DNA from: Octopus vulgaris
Lineage: Eukaryota
Assembly: GCA_951406725.2 (NCBI GenBank)
Contig: OX597823.1
Location: forward strand, 58,342,001 to 58,406,000
DNA: 64,000 nucleotides
Direction: 5' to 3'
The notes beneath the pieces were generated by a model that did no database searches, was not told the DNA's origin, and saw nothing but the letters and a program-made list of their open reading frames with translations. Shown in pieces: positions 51,441 through 64,000 of the stretch. Within the stretch, counting starts at the first letter, position 1. Each line of letters opens with the position of its first letter. Both the position numbers and the translations under genes were made by a program.

Positions 51441-51659
51441 ATATTTATATAACCCCGCCACAAATTTATTTTTTGTCACTACTTGTTGAGAGTACACTAC
51501 TGGATAGTACGCTTTTGAATTCGACCAGCGTATAAAGGTTTTTAAAAGAGCATACGTGCTTTTGATTGCACGGAAGCTGTATGTGCTTCAAATAAAACCA
51601 TGATTCTGACAATACTAAAAAATGCCAAGGACATCCAATCGTCAGATTCAATGATAAAG

Positions 51660-51660
51660 A

Positions 51661-51701
<41 letters not shown>

Positions 51702-51830
51702 AACTACTACTACAACTACTACTATTACTACAACTACTATTACTACTACTACTACTGCTACTACTACTACTACTACTACTACTACTAATACTACTACTGC
51801 TGCTACTGCGGCTGCTACTGCTACTACTAA

Positions 51831-51891
<61 letters not shown>

Positions 51892-51954
51892 CAGACAGAG
51901 ATAAATAGATAGATAGATAGACAGACAGAGATAAATAGATAGATAGATAGATAG

Positions 51955-51985
<31 letters not shown>

Positions 51986-52179
51986 GATTGCTAGATAAAA
52001 GGGACAGTGAGAGGGAACTATATGTGTGAATACGTATGTGTTAGTGTGCCTATGCATGTTTATACGTCTATATCTGTGTCTATTTGTGTGAGTAATAAAT
52101 GGTGTGTTTATAATTTGCATAAATTAGAGACTGTGCGTTATGACTCATGTAGGATGCATTATGTACACGTCATTAAAGT

Positions 52180-52272
<93 letters not shown>
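51660..52272. repeat. (CTA)n, (GATA)n and (CATA)n microsatellites
   Basis: Direct reading. Confidence 0.95.
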
Positions 52273-52273
<1 letters not shown>

Positions 52274-52842
52274 GCAGCCAAGATACAAAAAACTACATGC
52301 AAAATCTCTTCCAACACTCACATCTTGTGTAGAAACAAATGCACGATCACACTTCAAGTATTAACAAATATCATATTTAGCCAATAGAAATCAGATACAA
52401 CACCAGTATACAAACAACACGTTAGATCTAACCAGGAATTATGAGAGTTCGGTCCGATCCCCAAAATGTCACAGCATCAGGCTACAAATATAATAAAATA
52501 TTGCACGTTGTACCATCACAGATTGCACAGTGACCACATATTTATTGAAGCTTCACAATGAAACAAAAAAAATATAGAAAATGAAAATCCTATATGATAC
52601 GGGAAAAGAAGAAAAGTTTATTGCCATAACAAACTTCAGCTCTGACAGTCCCTACCGTTATATAAACAATCACATTCAGAAAGCTAGATAGTTATTACAA
52701 CACTATCCTGAAAATGCTATATTTCCCCATTCAGTCTCGTCTAGTTGCTGTCTGCCATTGGACAGGTCCTGTGCTAGTGAACCTTCTTCAGCACTCTCTA
52801 TACGACCTGGGAGGGCCCGTATCCTTTCCTTTTCTACTCTAG

Positions 52843-53181
52843 ATCGACCCCAGTTATGCAACTGGTACTTAATTTATCGACTCCGAAAGGATGAAAGGCG
52901 AAGTCGACCTCGGCGGAATTTGAACTCAGAACGTAGCGGCAGACGAAATACCTATTTCTTTACTACCCACAAGGGGCTAAACATAGAGTGGACAAACAAG
53001 GACAGACAAACGGATTAAGTCGATTATATCGAACCCAGTGCGTTACTGGTACTAATTTTATCGACCCCGAAAGGATGAAAGGCAAAGTCGACCTCGGCGG
53101 AATTTGAACTCACAACGTAGCGGCAGACGAAATACCGCTAAGCATTTCGCCCGGCATGCTAACGTTTCTGCCAGCTCGCCG
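52843..53181 (-). mobile_element. SINE family B dimer
   Basis: Junction at 52945; head variant 184 bp away at 53129. Confidence 0.88.
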
Positions 53182-53384
53182 CGTTGGCCCGTAATTTTTT
53201 CTGCCACCGTTAAGTAGATCACTGGAGCTTCGACTACCATCATTAGATCTGGAATGAATCCTGGAGTGGTTTCTTGTTGCCTTCTCCAGGCAGATGGTAT
53301 TTGAATACAGGATGTAGAGATCCAGAAGATATATTGTAAAGCACCTCTGCCGACGTGCCAACGATTCCGTCACTCTCTCGCCTG

Positions 53385-53505
53385 CGGAGCAACATGTAAT
53401 GAACTGTTTTGCCAAAGAACACAACGCACCACCCGCTCCGGATATCGAAACCGCGATCTGACGATCGTGAGTGTAACATCCTGACCACAAGGCCACGCGT
53501 CCTCA
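53385..53505 (-). mobile_element. SINE family D head
   Basis: Minus GGACGCGTGGCCTTGTGGTCAGG..GGTTTCGATATCC. Confidence 0.65.
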
Positions 53506-53567
53506 CCCCAAGTCAGTCAAGACAACCAGAAAAAGGGAAAAAAAAAATTATGCGTTGCAACATCTTC

Positions 53568-53730
53568 ATTATTTATATTATTTACATTATTTACATTCGA
53601 CAGATATTTATCATCCTGTTTGTTGTTAACACAACGTTTCGGCTGATATACCCGAAACGTTGTGTTAATAACAAACAAGATGAGGTCAAATATTCGTCGA
53701 ATGTAAATAATGTAAATAATGCAAATAATT
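53568..53730. repeat. Foldback with ~75-bp arms
   Basis: TTTGTTGTTAACACAACGTTTCGG / CCGAAACGTTGTGTTAATAACAAA, extending into (TTTACATTA) / (TAATGTAAA) repeats. Confidence 0.85.
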
Positions 53731-54369
53731 TAAATAATGTACATAATTCCTCATCTCTGAAATATAGAAATGTTGCAACATATTGTTTGAGGCAAATGAA
53801 TAGCTACACAGATATTAGTTTCAAATTTTGGCACAATGCCAGCAATTTTCGGGGGACGAATAGGTTGATTACAATGACCCCACTTCTCGTGCTCAACTGA
53901 TAGTTATTTTTATCGATTCCGAAAGGATGAAAGGCAAGGTCGACCTCAGAGTGTAAAGATGGACGAAATACCGCTAAGCATTTTGCCCGGCGTGCAAACA
54001 ATTTTGCCGGCGCGACACCTTGCTGCCGTTACATAAATATTGTCAATATGTGCCTGGAATACATTTGGGGTTTGTCTCATTACAATAAAACAACATCATA
54101 TCACTGGAAACATTTAATGTCATCTGATTTACGCTAGGCAGATAATTTTCTGAGCCCCTGAATACAAACTCTTCTCTGAAAAAAAAAAAAAAAACAATAG
54201 CTTTAGGTTTTCTTTTCCTTTTACCTCACATGGTTTTGAGCACTTCATTTTTAAATTCGTTTGCGTAGAAAATAGCAAATACGTGGCCGATAGGGTTTCT
54301 CATGTTTACGTCGTCTTTTCTTCGTTTAATTTGTTTGAGTAGTACGATTACGGGACTTATGCTTTACAG

Positions 54370-54435
54370 CAGTGGTTCCCAAACTATGAGTCGCGACCCA
54401 CAGATGGGTCGCGAACGGAATCTTAGTGGGTCGCA
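54370..54435 (+). mobile_element. hAT (Charlie-like) left end
   Basis: CAGTGGTTCCCAAAC followed by GGGTCGC subterminal repeats; right end not recognised. Confidence 0.55.
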
Positions 54436-55313
54436 AAAAGTTATAAAATTACGCATTAGCTTTGATTAACTGCTGTCTATCGAGATAGTTCAAAACTTAT
54501 GTTTGCAATACCAGACTTGTTGTTTTATCAAGCAGTAGGCTTTTTCACGAACTTAACAAATCAGAGGTTGTCATTTTCTCAAGTTATTTATTCGTACGTA
54601 ATCGTAAAAAGGAAAGGCCTGTTTTTACCTATTTATAGAGAACTTTAACTAGGCGAAGTATAACACTGTAAAGTCTACAGTAACTAGGCTGTGCTTAAGG
54701 ATATTTTGTGGGTTAAATGAAGGTCGTTTTTGTTTTCTCTATGATACAGGTATCGTAGTTATCAAAGTGATATTTAATGCTATATTCGTAAATAATTGTG
54801 GAAATCTGTGTAAGCAATGCTTTTCGGTATGAACGTTGCAAGTACATGACAAATTCCTCTGGTGACATTAATTCTTTTATATGCTTATGTCTATATTATG
54901 CGATAATACCTTACACACATATCCTATACACATACCGAAACGTATCCATATGCAATACCTGAATACATTGTCAGTGTTGTATCCTAGAGCCTGTGGGTGT
55001 TTCGGCTCTTATATCATACGCCCTCACCTAGGTGAACCGAGTGGGGTTGATCTAACCGATGCCTTTGTCCAATGGTATTCTTTAGATCTCACCGGGATTC
55101 TTTTTCGACCTGAGTCACTTCGACTCCTTCTCTGCAGTCTCTACGTCGTTGTTGATGGTTCCTCTACTCATTTCTTTAATGCCTAGGGTTTTTATTTTTC
55201 TGTCAGCATTACCATCTCTATCTATCTTTTGCTGATGTAACCATAAGTATGCTTATTTATAACGATGATGCCATACACATCCATACGCATATATGTACAT
55301 GCATACATTCATA

Positions 55314-55368
<55 letters not shown>

Positions 55369-55388
55369 AATAATATATATGTTCGTAC

Positions 55389-55430
<42 letters not shown>

Positions 55431-55454
55431 ATGTATAATAATATATATATGTAC

Positions 55455-55499
<45 letters not shown>

Positions 55500-55845
55500 C
55501 ACACACACATATATAAGGAATATTTTCGATTATATTCCTTTTGATTCCTTGTCGTCTTCACATTCGATAGCAACTGAATAATGAAGTGCATCCGGACACT
55601 GGGACTTGAAATAGCACTCTTCTGATTACCTCCAGCTTTCGGAGCAGGTTTCTGCTGCTTAACCAAACTACTGGCATTATATCATATTTAATATAATAAC
55701 GTATGATATGGCAGATCATAAGAAAGAGTTATATTCATTTATTTATTTATTTCATATTGGTGGAAAGGTTACTCCTATTACAGCTGCTGTTTCTGCTATA
55801 CTTTTCTCTCTTTCTTGTTCTTCATCTTCTTATTCTTATTCTTAT

Positions 55846-55887
<42 letters not shown>

Positions 55888-57537
55888 TTCCTTCTTACGC
55901 TTTTTTGTTGTTTTGCTTTTCCTTTGTCTAAATCCTTATTGTTCCGAAAGCCAAATAGGAGTTATTAATTTGTAATGTAATATGACAGAGCAACCATTTC
56001 TGAAGACTGACTGAAAGCCAGAAAGACGTACTTAGCTAACTAAACATCCCCATTTTTTTTTTTATGTTTGTATTACAGTTATTATTTTTGATGTAGTTTT
56101 TTATTTATTTATTCATTTATTATTTCTCCTTCTGTCCGTTGACATTCCTCGCATCGACTTTTCTCCTGGATTAGCAAGAGTACCTGTGATAACGGGGATA
56201 AAATAACAAACATTAATAAGATAAACAAGCATCGGTGTAGGTTAAGAATGTAACGTTTGATATATTGACAATCTCTGGGAAATGTGCCAGCATTTTCAGC
56301 GGCGAGCGTATATCAATATCATTATTGGCAAATATGTTTACACGGCTCAAACTGGCAAAGGTAGAGTCATGAGAGAAATGAATTTAAGCTTGAAGGGTCT
56401 TTGGAGTAAATAATTTGATCACTTCGCAAAGCTAAAATGACATCAATATTGACAAGAAGGCATGGTTTTGCTCCATACGAAACAGCAAAACACAATAATC
56501 GGTTTGTCTGTTTTTCGAGCAGCGCAAAAATAAGATGCTGGAATCGCCTTATGTAAGAAGTAGTAAAGAAAGACAATATGGAGGAGATAACGAAAGATTA
56601 TTCTTGTATCCTTAGGGATTACACTAGCAGACACATGTTTGGTTATCGCTGGCAGACGTAGTTCTAATCTAAGACAAAAAGTAGTTTTTAGTAGTTTAAT
56701 TAATTGCCGCCAGATGGGAGAGTTTCGAGAAAAGTAAATAACAGACAAGTGGCGTGGTGGGGAAGAGAGAGATGTGAGGGGGGGGGTGATTTTCGTTCGA
56801 GATAATATTCATGCGACTAATAAAATTGTCGGTCATTCAGCGAGAACTCCATATCAAAGAATAGTCTTGCCGAACTGCGACTTTGTGATAAGAACACAAA
56901 GGCTTAAATTTCAATGGAAATTACAACTATTTAATAAATTGCAGTCAAAGATATTTGATACAGTCTTTCAGATCGAACAAAGTAATAGATCTTCAATCTA
57001 ACAGCTTATCAAATTGTTTAACCGGTCCACAAACTTGGCTTTAGCATCGGTTATCATCATTGTTAAATGAAATGCAGATTTTACTAATCGTAGTTCTGTA
57101 GCTCACTTATCAGGTTTTAAATTCTTTACAAAATTTAGAAACGCGAATAAATTTCGTTAATCCTTCCCTAATCCACCCGGTCTGCTCTACTCTACTCTAC
57201 TATCACACACCAGGATAAGAATAAGTTAAATAATTCCCACAAGTATATTTATTTGATGTTAATTAATGAAGAATTAAAGAGGCGAGCTCTGTACTGCAAG
57301 AGGTAAATACACAATCAGTTGCAATAATAATTTCCGTTTAGATTGATTTATCGATGATGCTAAAACATTTTAACATATTTTAATACCATTCAGGCAGGCA
57401 TGAAAATCATATAATATCATCATTCATTCGCGTCTCAATAAAGACAATTATTAAATAATTCAACTGTCTATAAAATGCTTGTAGTAGTTCGATTTTTTTC
57501 GTTCTAAATTCGGTAACTCATTCTTTACCATCAGCAT

Positions 57538-57568
<31 letters not shown>

Positions 57569-57708
57569 CATACGCATATACATATAAACACAAACACACA
57601 CTTCGTTTATGTTTTTGGTTTCCAAGATTTTTGTCGTGAATTCGTGGGTTGGCATAACGACGCTCTCTAAACACAGAAAGATACATCATACATGCATACA
57701 TACATACT

Positions 57709-57811
<103 letters not shown>

Positions 57812-57971
57812 CGCAGGAGTGGCTGTGTGGTAAGTAGCTTGCTTACCAACCACATGTTTCCGGGTTCAGTACCACTGCGTGGCACCTTGGGCAAGTGTCT
57901 TCTACTATAGCCTCGGGCCGACCAAAGCCTTGTGAGTGGATTTGGTAGACGGAAACTGAAAGAAGCCTGTC

Positions 57972-58019
<48 letters not shown>

Positions 58020-58234
58020 TTGTATCTGTGTCTGTCCCCCCAACATCGCTTGACAACCGATGCTGTTGTGTTTATGTCCCCCGTAACTTAGCGGTTCGGC
58101 AAAAGAGACCGATAGAATAAGTACTAGGCTTACAAAGAATAAGTCCCGGGGTCGATTTGCTCGACTAAAGGCGGTGCTCCAGCATGGCCGCAGTCAAATG
58201 ACTGAAACAAATAAAAGAGTAAGAGTAAAGAGTA
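57812..58234 (+). mobile_element. SINE family A
   Basis: Full-length copy. Confidence 0.92.
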
Positions 58235-58330
58235 ATATATATGGTTGAAATTTACAAAAAACAAAAGACGAAGATTGCTGTGTAAACAACAAACAGGTGT
58301 ATTAGTTTAACACTCGGGAAGGTGAGAAAG

Positions 58331-58368
58331 TCTTTTACGTTTCGAGCCTATGCTCTTCAACAGAAAGA
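58331..58368 (-). ncRNA. Type I minimal hammerhead-like ribozyme, A6U variant (copy 2)
   Basis: ucuuu-CUGUUGA-A-GAGC(AUAG)GCUC-GAAA-C-GUA-aaaga. Confidence 0.55.
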
Positions 58369-58441
58369 ACACGAGAAAATCAACAGAGAGAGAATAAAAA
58401 AAGAAAGCTTTAAATATATACTTATATGAGACTATCTTATA

Positions 58442-58685
58442 AACAAACTTTAAAGCACCGAGCGAGTTGGTATTTTAGAGAAAATAAAGAAAATCTCGAA
58501 CGCAGAAAGACTGAATTTGAGATGTACACGGTTCGATTCTCTGTAATGGCTTGCTGGTCCCTTTTTATCGTCTTCTAAGAATATTTCATCCGATCTTCTA
58601 AGTTGTTTTCACACCTACTCTACGTTCGAGATTTTCCGTTATTTTCTGTAAAATACCAAGTCACTGAGCGCTTCAGAGTTTGTTA
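58442..58685. mobile_element. Decayed MITE with ~65-bp inverted arms
   Basis: AACAAACTTT..TTGGTATTTTA..AAAATCTCGAACG / CGTTCGAGATTTT..TAAAATACCAA..AGTTTGTT. Confidence 0.7.
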
Positions 58686-58904
58686 ACAAAAATGTTTTCA
58701 CATTCTAAAAGTTATTATTTAGCCGTATAAAAGACAGTACCTGTTGTCTTGATCGTTTAACTTAGTGCTACAGAGCGCTCAGTCGGGGTTTTAGGGGTAC
58801 ACGGTTGGATTCACTCTAGCGGCTTACTTCCTGCTTTTCAATCTTCTAAGAGCATTTACTAGATCTATTCTGCGGTCGAGATTCCCCTTTTCTTTCTCTC
58901 ACTT

Positions 58905-58993
58905 CTGTTCTAGCCTTTCTACTTACACATCTTCGGTCTCTCCCTCTTGTATTCCTAACCTTTCCCCTTCATCCCTTTCCTTTTTTCTCTCTG

Positions 58994-59032
<39 letters not shown>

Positions 59033-59460
59033 TGCTTGCTGTCTTTCTCCTCTGCTTGCTACTGTCACGTGAACCGTGGTCAGTTCCCCTTTTCTGGCCT
59101 TCCTTACACTGGTCCCGTAGCTGACCAGTCACAAATTCTCTGTCTCTCCGTTCTTCATCCTTCATGACATTTTCTAAGCGTTACCCACTATTCTCGTCTC
59201 CTTGGCACCAAGGCCGTATTTTGTTCGGCTGTTCGCCCTTGACCACCGTCCTAAATCACACTCTGTATCGTTTTACTTGTTTTGTTTTGTTTTGGTTTCT
59301 CTCGTCTCTAATTCTCTGCAAGAAAACATTTTTTGCGAGCACCGTCAATTGGGAAGCGCTCAGTCTTATAGAATATTACCAATTGGTCAATAACTAATTG
59401 TTTCTGCTTGTCTCCCTTTCGTTTTTACATTCAGTATACATTATGTTGTTTGTTTATAGA
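58905..59460 (+). repeat. Interspersed repeat, homologous to 44965-45615
   Basis: Same ordered sequence blocks as 44965-45615. Confidence 0.65.
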
Positions 59461-59747
59461 TATATATATATATAAACGGCCGTAATGTATTGGTACCTGA
59501 ACATACTTGTTACTAATTTTTACATTATATATATATATAGGCGCGGCTGTGTGGTAAGAAGTGTACTTCCCAACCATATGGCGTCAGGTTCAGTCCCTCT
59601 GTGTGGGACCTCGGGCAAGTGTCTATTATAGCTCTGGGCCAATGAAAGCTCTATGTGAACTTTTGCTACCCTGGTAATTATTTACTTATTTTTTCGGTGT
59701 TATTTGTACACACTGAAAACATGCACATGCATTTATATATATATATA

Positions 59748-60118
59748 AAGTAATGACTTGTTGCCAACTTAATGTGGCAGTCCCAGGAAAGGGAAGAATG
59801 TTACTGTTGTTTAGCTCCAAGAAACACCGTTTCTAGTTGGCTACGTGACACAAGCGTTCTCTGTCCGTATGCTTTCAAACAGCGAAGATAAGCACCTCGA
59901 CCCAACAAAGGCAGCATTCAGAGACTAGTTTCGGGGTAATTGCTCTTCATCAGTCTAGAGTAGCTTGGCCTTGCTAGATGTCGCTGTTTGAAAACTTAAG
60001 GACACAGAACGCTTCTGTCGCGTAACCAACTAGAAATGGTGTTTCTTGGGGCTAAATAATAGTAACATTCTTCCCTTTCCTGGGACTGCTACATTAAGTT
60101 GGCAACAAGCCTTCACTT
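59748..60118. mobile_element. Foldback element with ~130-bp inverted arms and ~95-bp spacer
   Basis: CTTGTTGCCAACTTAATGTGGCAGTCCCAGGAAAGGGAAGAATG.. / ..CATTCTTCCCTTTCCTGGGACTGCTACATTAAGTTGGCAACAAG. Confidence 0.9.
59919..59957 (-). ncRNA. Type I hammerhead ribozyme motif (canonical core, decayed stem II)
   Basis: uaga-CUGAUGA-agagcaauuacccc-GAAA-cua-GUC-ucug; palindromic ACUAGU stem III. Confidence 0.6.
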
Positions 60119-60169
60119 ATTGTGCTTTTTTTCAGAGATTTAGAAATGTAAAATTTCTATTTTTGTATA

Positions 60170-61860
60170 TCAGTGAATGTATTTCACTTGAAAGTCCTAT
60201 AAGTTTTCAACAGCGGTTTAGCAACGACATCTAGAAAGTCCAAGCTTTTTGTTGTTTTTTGGAGAATTCGAAGCGAGATTTCTGTGCGAAGCCACCATCG
60301 TTGGGTGGTAGTAGTGAAACAATTGAAAAAATGAAGAGTTACGCAGAAGCTGCTGGAGGTCGAGATACCATAGACCCACGTGTGCTGAAGCCTGAGATGG
60401 TGGAGTGGAATGAAGAAAAGATAACCAAATATTGTGAGAATGTAAAGAAAGAAGTGTCAAACATAAAAATGACCCTGCCAGAGGAGAGAAAACGAAAAAT
60501 GGAAAGCAAGACGGTAATATTCAGAACATTTTCGAATGAAAAAGGGAGAATAGAACAAGCACCGCAGAAAGAGATAGAGGAAATGTTGGAGGTGAACATG
60601 GGAGAAAAGATAACGTTTTTTTACATGAGGAAGTATATATGGAACTTTAGTTGTAACCTTTCTTTCAGAAGAGGAGGCGAAAAAATCCAGCGACACGATG
60701 TTACATGGAAAGAAATGGACGTTGATGCCAACCTGTTGGGGCAAAAGAATCGTCAGGGTCAAGGTGGTAAGAATCCCACCGTCGATAGAGCTGAGGAAGA
60801 ATGGAGAAGACCTGAGGATTGGCATAGTAAGCAGAACACAACAATTGAACTGTTGGGGATATGGAATTGAAGTAATTTGCGCGGTAAGCCCAAAATATTA
60901 CGACGAAATGGCGGAAACTTTGGAATTACCAAAAGGCGAAAAACTGGAAATAATGTTGGAGGGGAGACCCCCAAAATGTTACGGATGTGGTGAAAGTAGG
61001 CACCTGAGAAGGAAATGCCCTAGAGCAGCAGTGGAAACGGTGGAAGAGAGTGTTCAGGAAGATATAATGGTGGAAAAAAAGCAGAAACAGAAAACAGAAC
61101 ATGAAGGAAATTTTGCGGAGGCAAAACCCAGGAAAAGAGAGAAGAAAGTCATCGACGATAGTGGAAATGAAGAGGTGCAAAGGAATGGAATAAGAAACCC
61201 AACCCACGACGAGAAACGGAAAAAATTTACCAGTGGAAGTACCAGAAAAGGAATTAAAAGTACAGAGTTATTCAAACCAGAAACAAGACAACCCAGAATT
61301 ACGGAAACCTAAAACCATAGACACACAGATGAAACACGTAGAGTAACGGTCAAACGAACACACAGACACACAAATACACGAACACACAGACTTAGAGACG
61401 AAAATACAAGAAAACACCAAAACAGCAGGAAAATTGAAACAAAAAGAGACAACATCAAAAACACATCCAAAAGGAAAATTGTAGTGAGATAGGACACCCC
61501 AACGTGTTTTATTGTAAAAGTGAAAGACATTTGGGAGAGACAGAAGAGCTAAGTCGATATATATTTCGTAAAGACTGTAACGGAGAAAAACATTTATTTG
61601 AATTGTGCCTGGAAAAAAAGGAGAAACAAGTAAATTTCGCAACTGTTGAATGAACAGATTTCGAAAGTTTTTTTTTTTTAATTTTGTGATAAACATTTGG
61701 TTGACTTTATTTTTTTTAAAAAAAAGGAAAAAATAAGAAGTAAATATTGTATGAACATTTGTTTAAAAGGTGTGTGATTGTAGGGCAAAAGCGAAAAAGG
61801 AAATCGTGGTTTCGCCTCGGAGCGAAGCTAGAGGTTGTGTAAAAGTTTAAGGAAAAGGTA
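60170..61860 (+). mobile_element. Gag/ORF1-only element (Tx1/L1-ORF1-like), frameshifted
   Basis: KSYAEAA motif, RRM-like TLVVTFLSEEEAK, LEGRPPKCYGCGESRHLRRKC knuckle, K/E-rich tail; no APE or RT follows; 3' hairpin 61808-61829. Confidence 0.7.
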
Positions 61861-61904
61861 TCCACGATTTCATCTCGCAGCGGGATACTCTTTATGTCGT
61901 ATGC

Positions 61905-62163
61905 CTCGAAGTAGCGTCTTGTCCTTACCTTCGAAAACGCGAAGTAGATGAAACGGACAACTGAGGAAGGGAAATATTCTTTATGTTGTATGTCCCGTTT
62001 CTCTGTCTGTTTTCTCGTTGTACGAAAAAAGTTCGTTTCTATGTTTTTGTTTTTATGTTTTCGTTTCTCATTGTGTTCAACGTTTTTTTTATGTCTTGTA
62101 CCCATATATGCATGTATATATACATATATATGTAGGTATGTATATATATGTATGTATATATGC

Positions 62164-62180
<17 letters not shown>
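61905..62180 (+). repeat. Interspersed repeat, homologous to 44565-44835
   Basis: Reverse complement match to 44565-44835. Confidence 0.8.
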
Positions 62181-62196
<16 letters not shown>

Positions 62197-63926
62197 TACA
62201 CACACACACACAGTAATCTCTCATCATATCGTGGTTCACCTATCGTATTTTCTTATTTAAGCTTATATTGATTCATCCGTGGTGTTGTTTTGCACTTATA
62301 ATAAAATAAATTTATACAAATTATAAAAATAATAAAAGAAAAGAATATACAGTACAGTACTGTCTCTGCAGTACGAATTTGCAGTTTCCGTTTACGAAAT
62401 TCACTCACAAGGCATTGGTTGACCCGTGACTATAAAAGATAACACCTATTCTCATGCCTGCAAAGACCCTCATCATGCCTGCAAAGCGATTTTCTTAACC
62501 AAATAGCCGTACATCATAAACTGGACGTGCTAAACACATACAATGACATTAAAATAATATACCCTGGCTTGAACATCGAATATATATTCTTTCAATTTAT
62601 TAGTTGGTTGCAGTCATTAGAGAGCACTGGTCATACTGAGGTGCTTATTCTGGTCTAGTACATATTTTGTCGATCACGGTATAATAAAGCGCTAAGTCAA
62701 CTTAGGCGTAAATGAGCATAAAAGATAAATTTTATTTCTAATCGTCCCTCTGTTGATTCAACCATTTTCTGCAAATATTCATGTGTGTGTGTGATGTTGG
62801 ACGAGGTGTATATGCTGTGTGCGTGTATTGTGTGTGCGCGTGCGTACACGTCAGTATGTGTATGAGGAGTAACCAAAAGAGAAATTATATTTAACAAAAA
62901 AGTGGAAACAATAAAGTACAGATTGTTTTCTTCTCGGCGGTCTGACCACAGCGACCAGCAAGTTGTAAGTTTTACATTGGAGTAGCCATCTCCTAAGTAA
63001 ATTGTCTTTCAGAGCTGGAGAGCTCTACAACCCTAGAGTTGCTAGAAGGATGTCAAAGATGTTACCAGACCGCTCGAGAGATTTCGTTCCTTGGTTTCTC
63101 GTAGGAGTTGACTTCTATAGTCCTTTCATTTTCCAAAATACTCACAAGACAATGAGGGATTGTGTTTGGAGTGTCTTCCATAACATGCTAATTACCCCCA
63201 CAGTTGTGTCTCTGACAGATGCTAGAACTCCAGGTCAAAGTATAGCAGAGAGCAATAGTGGCAAAGAGGTATTTCTGCACTTCTCAACATCCTGGAATTC
63301 TCGAATCAGAGCCCCACTACGGGATGTAGTTTAAAGCCATACCCAGGACACGGTTAACAAAACAAAAAAATGACTAGGGAATAAATTAACATACAAACTA
63401 AATATGGGCACTATGTTCCCAATTTGCGTTCCAGCACAGTTTCTTGGGACAGATTTCAGTTTCTTAGCTTGGTTAGAGATCTGAGATTAAGGTAGAATTA
63501 AACACTTGCCTAGCTTGAAATGCTGCACAGTAGGATTGAATCCGGAACCACTTAAATACCAAGGAAATTCTCAAAACACATGATCGTAGCTGTTCCGAAA
63601 TTGTGTTGTTTTTCTAGCTGATTTATCAATGAAATATGGTGTCTTTCTGGTGGGTATATTTTTTTCTTTTTTGGCCGAATGATTTAAATCGAGAAGGTGT
63701 ACCTAGCGATAAAACATTGATTTGATATTTGATAATCTATAATGATTCCAAAGCTTGGATAATAAAGCGGGGAAAAAGGAGCAGAGGAAAAGAAAAATAT
63801 GCGCGAAGCGAAGTAACATTACTGAAGAAGGATGGGAAAATGTGAAAGTCAGAGAGAAATGGAAGATGTATTTATAGAAATGAAATATTGCACTCCAGAG
63901 GGTACAACAAATATATGTACACACAC

Positions 63927-63968
<42 letters not shown>

Positions 63969-64000
63969 TAGATAGATTGGTAGGTAGATGTGTATGTATA

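Overview
AT-rich, microsatellite-dense eukaryotic DNA with no intact host protein-coding gene visible. The repeat landscape (several tRNA-derived SINE families, TA/TAA/GATA/ATC microsatellites, mariner/Tc1, RTE, CR1, Dong/R4-type and Penelope relics) looks like an octopod (Octopus-like) genome, which is an inference. Almost all track ORFs are microsatellite artefacts. The only host-gene signal is a CpG-rich promoter-like region at about 36.1-37.0 kb, with three perfect CRE palindromes, ETS motifs and a minus-strand splice donor, bracketed by ~200-bp inverted repeats. Most interesting: (i) minimal hammerhead-ribozyme motifs with palindromic stem III, including a two-copy family with a CUG-U-N-GA core and one canonical core inside a foldback element; (ii) a (TAA)n-targeted Dong/R4-like LINE next to a non-coding ~555-bp element that also sits only in (TAA)n; (iii) two Gag/ORF1-only (HAL1-like) elements; (iv) SINE head-to-tail multimers sharing one junction, and a microhomology-flanked inverted duplication. 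All alignments and folds were done by eye; coordinates of decayed elements are approximate.
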